Below, piece by piece: positions 14,853-21,004 of a DNA stretch of 24,000 bases (position 1 is its first letter; each line of letters begins with the position of its first letter). Under the pieces are notes generated by a model, which saw only the letters and a program-made list of their open reading frames with translations, searched no databases and was not told the DNA's origin. The stretch comes from Methanobacteriota archaeon (GTDB lineage Archaea; Thermoplasmatota; E2; DHVEG-1). Position numbers and translations under genes: made by a program. Where the stretch lies: the NCBI GenBank assembly GCA_963769885.1, contig CAVYNH010000006.1, positions 502,632 through 526,631 of the forward strand, given 5' to 3'.

Positions 14853-14991
14853 GGGAGCATGGTGTAACCCGGCATCATTACGGGCTCCAGTTAGGTATGA
14901 TTACAAGAGGGTCATCTGACGGATGATGAGTAACTGGAGCGATGACCTACGAAGAGACCCGTCGATCTGGGTTCAAATCCCAGTGCTCCCA
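14853..14991 (+). tRNA. tRNA-Trp (anticodon CCA) with a 66-nt intron after position 37
   Basis: 5' exon is 14853-14890 and 3' exon is 14957-14991. The fold has acceptor GGGAGCA/TGCTCCC, anticodon stem ACGGG/CCCGT, loop CU-CCA-G|intron|A, T-arm CTGGG-TTCAAAT-CCCAG and discriminator A. A relaxed bulge-helix-bulge can be drawn with 3-nt bulges AG|U and AG|A at the two junctions. Confidence 0.9.
14891..14956 (+). ncRNA. Box C/D guide RNA embedded in the tRNA-Trp intron
   Basis: Layout: C AUGAUUA (14897-14903), 12-nt guide, D' CUGA (14916-14919), CGG, C' AUGAUGA (14923-14929), 12-nt guide, D AUGA (14942-14945). Terminal stem is UAGG (14892-14895) with CCUA (14946-14949). The D guide pairs over 10 contiguous bp with 14884-14893 and puts C34 (14887) opposite the 5th nt upstream of box D. 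Confidence 0.75.
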
Positions 14992-15045
14992 TCCCTCTCG
15001 CCCGCCTCTGAACAAAAAAATGGAACCAATGAGGTTAGAAGAACT

Positions 15046-15246
15046 ATGTTCAGCCTGAAGAAATTCAACCTGACAACCGTCTTTGCCATCCTCCTCGTCA
15101 TCGCAGGACTTGCCTTGTACATCGGCTGGGGAATCCAGTACGGCGTCTGGTACGACATCGGCATCTATTCAATCGTCATTGTGCTGGTCCTCGCCGGCAT
15201 CCTCGGCATCCTGATCTCCCTGCGCGACGTCAAAGAAGAGGCATAA
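15046..15246 (+). CDS. Small two-helix membrane protein, hypothetical
   Basis: 66 aa from MFSLKKFNLTTVFAILLVIAGLALYIGWG...IVIVLVLAGILGILISLRDVKEEA. The tracked ORF 14923..15246 starts inside the tRNA-Trp intron, so I use the internal ATG at 15046. Confidence 0.5.
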   Translation: MFSLKKFNLTTVFAILLVIAGLALYIGWGIQYGVWYDIGIYSIVIVLVLAGILGILISLRDVKEEA

Positions 15247-15253
15247 CCCCCCC

Positions 15254-15269
15254 TTTTTCCCCCTATTTT
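15254..15269 (+). terminator. Oligo-T tracts after the small membrane protein gene
   Basis: TTTTT (15254-15258) and TTTT (15266-15269) begin 8 nt after the stop at 15246. Confidence 0.35.
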
Positions 15270-15275
15270 CTAGAT

Positions 15276-15290
15276 AACTATTAAATAGAA
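15276..15290 (+). promoter_or_regulatory. TATA-like box for the DUF5678-like/protease pair
   Basis: aactattaaatagaa is centred about 27 nt upstream of the ATG at 15310, consistent with a leaderless transcript. Confidence 0.4.
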
Positions 15291-15309
15291 TCCCAGATAC
15301 TTACCCTTG

Positions 15310-15519
15310 ATGAATCCGAGCGACGAGGAATTACGGAAGTACTCTGGAGAATGGGTCCTGCTGTTCAAAGACAAGGTCGTCGACCACAGCGTCAACCTCG
15401 AAGAGGTCCTCAAGGTCGCCGAGGAGAAATACCCGGAAGACAAGGTCCCCAAGGACAGCCTCAAGATTTCCAGGGTCCTCACCAGCCCGCAGGAAAAAAG
15501 CCAGCGGTTCATCAAATAA
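15310..15519 (+). CDS. DUF5678-like small protein
   Basis: 69 aa. LRKYSGEWVLLFKDKVVDHSVNLEEVLKVAEEKYPE matches the kY.GkWVal.d.kVv.hg.dl.evl..a pattern I associate with DUF5678. The tracked start at 15307 is TTG, so I prefer the ATG at 15310. Confidence 0.55.
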   Translation: MNPSDEELRKYSGEWVLLFKDKVVDHSVNLEEVLKVAEEKYPEDKVPKDSLKISRVLTSPQEKSQRFIK

Positions 15520-15563
15520 CCCCGGTCCCATCGCAAATCTTATTCAATCCCAACCCTTTACCT

Positions 15564-15968
15564 ATGCCGATGCCATCACGACCCCTCATCTTCCCCTACA
15601 ACGACTATCCCTTGATTCCCATCAAGTTCCACTACCAGGACCGCGTCACCCCTCTCATTGACGCCCTCCTCGACTCCGGCGGCGACTTCATCGTCATCCC
15701 CAACGCCATCGCCAAATTCCTCAAACTCAAACTCTCCAAAGCCGGCTGCGTCGACACCGCCGGCGGCGAAGCCACCCTCTGCAGCTCCCGCGTCACCATG
15801 ACCATCCACGGCGACGGCCACCAGTACAGCTACCCCAACATCGAGATCTTCGTCTCCGACCGCAACGACCTCCCCGTCCTCCTCGGCCGCAAACCCATCT
15901 TCGACGACTACGAGATCGTCTTCAAGAAACACGAAAACACCCTCATTCTCCAATCCATCCACCCCTAA
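15564..15968 (+). CDS. Retropepsin-like (clan AA) aspartic protease
   Basis: 134 aa from MPMPSRPL.... It has the active-site context ALLDSGGDFIVIP (D-S-G) and the C-terminal VLLGRKPIFDDYEIVF typical of single-domain retropepsin-like proteases. The N-terminal part of tracked ORF 15351..15968 is an out-of-frame overlap with the upstream gene. Confidence 0.75.
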   Translation: MPMPSRPLIFPYNDYPLIPIKFHYQDRVTPLIDALLDSGGDFIVIPNAIAKFLKLKLSKAGCVDTAGGEATLCSSRVTMTIHGDGHQYSYPNIEIFVSDRNDLPVLLGRKPIFDDYEIVFKKHENTLILQSIHP

Positions 15969-16052
15969 AAACAACCCAATAGACACCTGGAACAGGGGAA
16001 ATAGTCACAGAAAACCATTGTTAATATTAAAGGAACCTTTAAATCAAAGAGC

Positions 16053-16268
16053 ATGGATATCCCACCCCGAGGGAACAAACCTATGGTGTATGAACAGAAT
16101 GGATGGAAACTCTATAAACGCGACGTCACTTTGAAAGGAGGACGGAATCAAACCATTTACTTTTTCAGCAAACGCATCCCAAAAAGCGGGACACCCTGCG
16201 ATCTCCCACCTGGCTACACCGTCGGTGTCAACAAACGCACCGGCCTGCCCTACCTTAAAAAAGCATAA
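16053..16268 (+). CDS. Small basic conserved-looking hypothetical protein
   Basis: 71 aa with ...GGRNQTIYFFSKRIPKSGTPCDLPPGYTVGVNKRTGLPYLKKA. AT-rich TATA-like boxes (16020-16046) lie immediately upstream. Family not recognised with certainty. Confidence 0.5.
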   Translation: MDIPPRGNKPMVYEQNGWKLYKRDVTLKGGRNQTIYFFSKRIPKSGTPCDLPPGYTVGVNKRTGLPYLKKA

Positions 16269-16448
16269 ATCCGAGGGTCCTGCCCTCTAACCGCCTCAAG
16301 CGACAGCCTTTCGCCGTCCCTTGAGTCTTTCTTCCCATTTTCTCCTTCGCTATACTCGTTTTCGGTTCTTCAGGCAGGGTTCCTGACTTGGTTCTCCCCG
16401 TTCTTCTACCACAATCTCCATAAACAGCCGATAAGTTATCCTATCCCC

Positions 16449-17531
16449 GTGGACCCTCCCCCAAAACGGCCGAAGGTCAAGCTCTACACGGTCATCAGCC
16501 TTACCCTTAGCCTTCTCATCATCGTTCTTGTCCTGTACTTCACTATCAGCCCGGATACCGTGAACAAGCTATCCCAGGTGCAAATCCATTATGAGTTCTT
16601 CGTCTTCGCGATCCTATTGAACATCGCGTCCTGGGTGCTGTGGGGCTGGCGTCTCCAAGTCCTCGCCCGGTCGTTGGATCCAACGGTTCAGATTAGTCTC
16701 TGGGAAGGGACCCGTATCGTTATCGCAAACTTGTTTCTGGCGAGCATCACCCCGGCGCTTGCGGGCGGTGAGCCGCTTCGGATCTATCTCTTGAAAAAAG
16801 ATGGGATGAGTATTGGAGGAGCGACCGCCGCGATCATCGGGGAACGCCTCATTGACGCCCTCTTAATCTTGATCCTCCTGCCGTTCGCGTTCCTTATCTT
16901 TAAAGACCGACTCAATAGCCCGATGGTCGCCTGGGGTGCGGGGATTGGTATCGCTGTATTCATCGTGTTTATCGTCCTCTTCCTCTATGCGTTACGAAAC
17001 CCGGAGCGGATAAAGCGATTTCTTCTCTATCTCAATGAAAGGTTTTCGCGGTTGAGGAAAAAGAAGGAAGATTCGGCTGAGTCAGCGAAGTCCGTTTCGT
17101 TTATCAGTCGCGAGGTTGACAGCTTTTCCTCCAGCATGCGGTTCTTGACGGGTAAGGGGAAACGGGCGTTCTTGTACGTCAGCCTCCTGACGGTCGCTTT
17201 CTGGGGGGTCTCGTTCATGATTCCGTCAATGTTGCTGCGCGGCCTAGGATTGCCACCGTTCGTCATCGAATCCTATGCGGCGCAGCTGATCTTGCTGATT
17301 ATCGTGATGATGCCGACGACGCCGGGGAGCAGCGGCATTGCGGAGATTAGTATCAGCGGGTTGTACAGCGTCATCATCGGCGCGACCAATGGGTACCTGC
17401 TTGGAGTCTTCGTCCTCCTCTTCCGATTGATCACCTACCATATGAATTTGATCGCGGGGGCGATCTTCCAGTATCGGATCTTCAAATCGTTGACCTCGTT
17501 CACGTTCGACGCGCTGTCTAAGGATGATTGA
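16449..17531 (+). CDS. Flippase-like / lysyl-phosphatidylglycerol-synthase TM-domain family membrane protein (UPF0104)
   Basis: 360 aa, about 8 hydrophobic helices, GTG start. ASITPALAGGEPLRIYLLKKDG and TPGSSGIAE motifs are typical of the UPF0104 / LPG_synthase_TM family. Confidence 0.7.
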   Translation: MDPPPKRPKVKLYTVISLTLSLLIIVLVLYFTISPDTVNKLSQVQIHYEFFVFAILLNIASWVLWGWRLQVLARSLDPTVQISLWEGTRIVIANLFLASITPALAGGEPLRIYLLKKDGMSIGGATAAIIGERLIDALLILILLPFAFLIFKDRLNSPMVAWGAGIGIAVFIVFIVLFLYALRNPERIKRFLLYLNERFSRLRKKKEDSAESAKSVSFISREVDSFSSSMRFLTGKGKRAFLYVSLLTVAFWGVSFMIPSMLLRGLGLPPFVIESYAAQLILLIIVMMPTTPGSSGIAEISISGLYSVIIGATNGYLLGVFVLLFRLITYHMNLIAGAIFQYRIFKSLTSFTFDALSKDD

Positions 17532-17568
17532 GATATCATTTTAAATACGCCATGAGCTGTGGGGTGAT

Positions 17569-18204
17569 GTGTCCGCTCTCTCGGATTTCTTCGGCATAAT
17601 CGCCAACTTCATTCTGGCCACGATTTCGGTGCTGGGATATGGCGGCTTGTTTGTCATGATGGTCTTGGAGAGTATGGTGTTCCCTGCGCCATCGGAGCTG
17701 ATCATGCCGTTCGCCGGGTTCATCGCCTACCAAGGGAACTTTAACTTGATTCTCGTCATCGTGGTAAGCACGCTCGGCAGCATCGTGGGGTCGGTGGCCT
17801 CGTATTATATCGGGAAGCGGTGGGGCACGAAACTTGTGATATTGTACGGGAAGTACATGCTCATCGGTACAGATGATCTGCAGAAGACGGAGACATGGTT
17901 CCGGAAGCGTGGTGAGCTGACGGTGTTCGTGACCAGGCTGGTGCCGGTGATTAGGCATCTGATCTCCTTGGTCGCTGGTGTGGCGGAGATGGATTTCAAG
18001 AAGTTCGTCGTGTATACGCTGCTGGGGGCGGCAGTATGGAACTCGCTGATGGCCTATTTCGGGTTCTATCTGGGGGAGAATTGGCATTTGATTACCCAGT
18101 ACGCGGATGAGATCTCCGTCGTCGTGGTTATTTTGATCATCATCGGCGGGATGTGGTTCATTGTCCGTCATCTTCTTCGGCGACGGAAAATGCAGCTGGG
18201 GTAG
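17569..18204 (+). CDS. DedA-family (SNARE-associated / VTT domain) membrane protein
   Basis: GYGGLFVMMVLESMVFPAPSELIMPFAGF, YYIGKRWG and TRLVPVIRHLISLVAGV are DedA hallmarks. A GTG start is inferred because the conserved N-terminal helix precedes the first ATG. Confidence 0.8.
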   Translation: MSALSDFFGIIANFILATISVLGYGGLFVMMVLESMVFPAPSELIMPFAGFIAYQGNFNLILVIVVSTLGSIVGSVASYYIGKRWGTKLVILYGKYMLIGTDDLQKTETWFRKRGELTVFVTRLVPVIRHLISLVAGVAEMDFKKFVVYTLLGAAVWNSLMAYFGFYLGENWHLITQYADEISVVVVILIIIGGMWFIVRHLLRRRKMQLG

Positions 18205-18402
18205 GAAGCTTCCTTCTTTGTTTCGCTTTGAACAAAAATCTTATTGGTTCTGTGCGGGATTCAGGTCTTCATCCTAGTGGGACTGCATGAGTGATTCACC
18301 GAATCGGCTATGGTAATTCTTGTTCCAGTGGCGTCCTATGGATAAATCGGGGGTCGGTCCAAAAATAAAGGTGAGGGTTTTAGGAGATTCCCTAGACGAG
18401 AA

Positions 18403-18475
18403 TGGGCCCGTTGAGATTTGAACTCAAGTCACTTGCACCCCAAGCAAGAAGGATACCAAGCTACCCCACGGGCCC
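18403..18475 (-). tRNA. tRNA-Pro (anticodon GGG)
   Basis: The reverse complement folds as acceptor GGGCCCG/CGGGCCC, anticodon stem CTTGC/GCAAG with loop TTGGGGT (GGG, G37), T-arm TTGAG-TTCAAAT-CTCAA and discriminator A. No intron and no encoded CCA. Confidence 0.9.
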
Positions 18476-18698
18476 AGGAGAAACTGGCCGGGTGCTGACC
18501 AAGGGTGCATGCTGACAAGCCTTAATATAGTTTTTACTCACCCAGACAATATATTATTCTTCTTTCCTTAGTGAAAGCGAGACCTGAGCCAAGGGTGTTT
18601 CCGTAAACCGATATTTTAATATGCAAGGACCTCATTCGTTACAATGGAGGAGGACGCCCCTGATAAGGCAATATTTACTACAAAAGCACTCTCTTAAG

Positions 18699-19802
18699 AT
18701 GAGTTGGCTCTTGATTATATTGGTTATGGCATCGATGTTGTTTACAAATATCCCTACCATGCCGGTGCGTGGAACCCATTGCAGTCTCGATTATACGCAC
18801 GACGTCAGCATCACCATCACAGCGCCGACAAAAGCCATCCACTACAAAGCGCCAGGCACGCAAAATATCAGCGGCACCGCTAAAAACAATGGGACTTCCC
18901 CTGAGACTGGGCTCGTCGCAACAGCCGCCTTCAACAATTCCGCCCATGAGTACTACAACAATTCCATCAGCGGAATCACCCTCGCGGCCGGTGACCAACA
19001 AGAGCTTTCCTTCCCTAACTTCACGTTCATGTGTGAGGACGTCTACACCCTCCGAATGAGCCTACCACTCGCCACCGACGAGGATCCGACCAACAACGCT
19101 CAGAGCATCACCCTCGGCATTGACGCCACCCCGCCCGTCGTCCAGATCATCGTCGACCCCCCGAACCCGAACGGACAGAACGGCTGGTACATCACCAACC
19201 CCAGCATCAGTTTCAACGTCTACGATCCTCCTTTGAATGGAACGAGCGTCCCAGGATCGGGAATCGCCAGCATCATGTTCAAGATTGACGACGGGTGTTG
19301 GATGACATACACAGGACCATTTGTCATTACAGCTGACGGCACGCATAGCATCACAGTCATGGCAATTGACAGAGTCGGCAATATAGGGATGTCGGAAATC
19401 TTATCCTATAAAGTCGACACCCATAACCCAACAATCACCCTGAGCAAGAAGATAGGGTTCAATTCAATTACTTTCACCGCAAACGTCTCTGATTTCGGCA
19501 GCGGCGTAGAACGGGTCGTCTTTTCCACGGATTATGAACAAGTAACCATCTATGAGCCTGGCCCATACATCTGGAGGCTCAGCCCCATACCGGGCCCAAA
19601 CGGAACCAACGTGAAGGCCCAAGTCTTTGACTACGCCGGCCGCAGCTCTATCGTATTTTCGGGATCCATCACCCCTCAAGCCGCACCACAGCCTCAGCAA
19701 TGCCAGAGCACACTCTTATGCTGGGCAAACGCTCGAGGAAGACCCCAACTCATCTTGGGCCGGTACCATATCTCTGGTAGAAACATCATTACTCTGTCCT
19801 AA
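18699..19802 (+). CDS. Secreted surface protein with CARDB-like and Ig-like beta-sandwich domains
   Basis: N-terminal MSWLLIILVMASMLF is signal/anchor-like. NISGTAKNNGTSPETGLVAT resembles a CARDB-type domain. DATPPVV...NGWY...SGIASIMFKIDDG.W..YTGPF.ITADGTHSI...AIDRVGN resembles bacterial/archaeal Ig-like adhesin modules. About 8 sequons. An alternative upstream start at 18621 (as in the ORF track) is possible. Confidence 0.6.
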   Translation: MSWLLIILVMASMLFTNIPTMPVRGTHCSLDYTHDVSITITAPTKAIHYKAPGTQNISGTAKNNGTSPETGLVATAAFNNSAHEYYNNSISGITLAAGDQQELSFPNFTFMCEDVYTLRMSLPLATDEDPTNNAQSITLGIDATPPVVQIIVDPPNPNGQNGWYITNPSISFNVYDPPLNGTSVPGSGIASIMFKIDDGCWMTYTGPFVITADGTHSITVMAIDRVGNIGMSEILSYKVDTHNPTITLSKKIGFNSITFTANVSDFGSGVERVVFSTDYEQVTIYEPGPYIWRLSPIPGPNGTNVKAQVFDYAGRSSIVFSGSITPQAAPQPQQCQSTLLCWANARGRPQLILGRYHISGRNIITLS

Positions 19803-19927
19803 TCGCGACCAGAACCTTCAGGGAGGTCTATTTCGTCGTCTTTCAAGAGACCTTTGCCGAAGTTGACGCTACCCACCCCTTTAAGGGTCAGAGCCACATC
19901 ACGTGGTCCGCACGCTCTTTTTCACAT

Positions 19928-19940
19928 CCTTTAATATCAT
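19928..19940 (+). promoter_or_regulatory. TATA-like box, consistent with a leaderless SemiSWEET transcript
   Basis: cctttaatatcat is centred about 30 nt upstream of the ATG at 19965. Confidence 0.45.
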
Positions 19941-19964
19941 CCACTTGCTTCCCCATAGACAACC

Positions 19965-20237
19965 ATGAACATCGACCCCATCACCCTCATCGGCGTCGCC
20001 GCCGGCGCCATCACCTCCATCGGCTTCATCCCCCAGATCCTCAAAGGCCTCAGGACCAAACGACTCACCGACGTCTCCTACGGCATGCCCGCACTCCTCG
20101 CCTTCGGCATGGGCCTGTGGCTCTCCTACGGCATCCTCCGTGATGACGTGGCCATCATCGCCGCCAACGCCGTCGGCGTCACCTGCAACCTCCTCCTCGT
20201 CATCCTCAAATACCGATACGACCACCCCCGCCCCTAA
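19965..20237 (+). CDS. SemiSWEET / PQ-loop family transporter
   Basis: 90 aa with three predicted helices. IGFIPQILKGLRTKRLTDVS (PQ motif) and LWLSYG...AIIAANAVG are typical of the single-triple-helix-bundle SemiSWEET family. Confidence 0.75.
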   Translation: MNIDPITLIGVAAGAITSIGFIPQILKGLRTKRLTDVSYGMPALLAFGMGLWLSYGILRDDVAIIAANAVGVTCNLLLVILKYRYDHPRP

Positions 20238-20342
20238 CCGGCAATTATTAAATACTACCGCCCCGCATATCCCCGCCTGCCTCAGGGAAACACCCCCCTC
20301 AGACCTCCAGAGGACGTCCCTCTGGCCACGCTGCGAGACCGC

Positions 20343-20966
20343 ATGACCACTCCTCAGCCCACCCGCTCTCGCTCGACCCTTGCGGTCCTCATTAAACTCA
20401 TCTCCAACTCGTTCTGGGAATTCGCCGACTACTGCGCCTACAAAAGCGAAGGCGCCGCCCGCCTCTACGACAACCGCATCGGCGGCGACTACAAAGAAGA
20501 ATACGAACGCTGCGGCATCGCGACCGCAGTCAACATCCTCCACATCGGCTGCGGCGCCTACCCTCTCACCGAGATGGTCCTCGCCTCCGTCAGCTACGGA
20601 CATGTCACCGGCATCGACAAAAACCCCTCCACCGTCACCAAAGCCCAACACGTCATCACCCGCCGACGCCTCACCGACCGCATCACCATCCACCACGGCG
20701 ACGGCCTCACCTACCCGATCACCGCCTTCGACGCCGTCATTGTCTCCAGCTGCAGCATCCCCAAAATCGAGATCCTCGAACACCTCTCACAGACCACTAG
20801 CCCCCGCACCAACATCATCGTCCGCGAAGTCGACATCGCCTGCGCCGACATCGACCACTTCCTCGCCTCCCACCCCGAGATGACCACCCTGCAGCGCATC
20901 CGCCACAACCCCTTCCCATTCATCGAACCCATGGGCTGGGTCACCTTCCATATCCAGAAGCGATAA
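20343..20966 (+). CDS. Class I SAM-binding-fold protein (methyltransferase-like; motif reminiscent of nicotianamine-synthase-like enzymes)
   Basis: VNILHIGCGAYPLTEMVLAS (glycine-rich motif I), VTGIDKNP (acidic motif II) and FDAVIVSS (motif III-like) are present. The G.G..PLT wording resembles the GSGPLPLT of nicotianamine synthases. This assignment is tentative. Confidence 0.5.
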   Translation: MTTPQPTRSRSTLAVLIKLISNSFWEFADYCAYKSEGAARLYDNRIGGDYKEEYERCGIATAVNILHIGCGAYPLTEMVLASVSYGHVTGIDKNPSTVTKAQHVITRRRLTDRITIHHGDGLTYPITAFDAVIVSSCSIPKIEILEHLSQTTSPRTNIIVREVDIACADIDHFLASHPEMTTLQRIRHNPFPFIEPMGWVTFHIQKR

Positions 20967-21004
20967 TCTTTTTACCATCCCTCTTCGTTTCCCTCCTCGA
21001 CCCA

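Noticed and set aside
19899-20783. Long antisense or out-of-frame ORFs across the window. Examples are 19899..20783 (-, 294 aa), 8042..8713 (-), 3993..4505 (+), 9708..10307 (-), 23055..23699 (-), 12595..13131 (+) and 20380..20883 (+).
   Set aside because: Their translations are low-complexity G/D/E/A/V- or P/R/T/S-rich strings with no motifs. Each lies opposite or out of frame to a gene with clear family signatures. These are typical shadow ORFs of GC-rich DNA.
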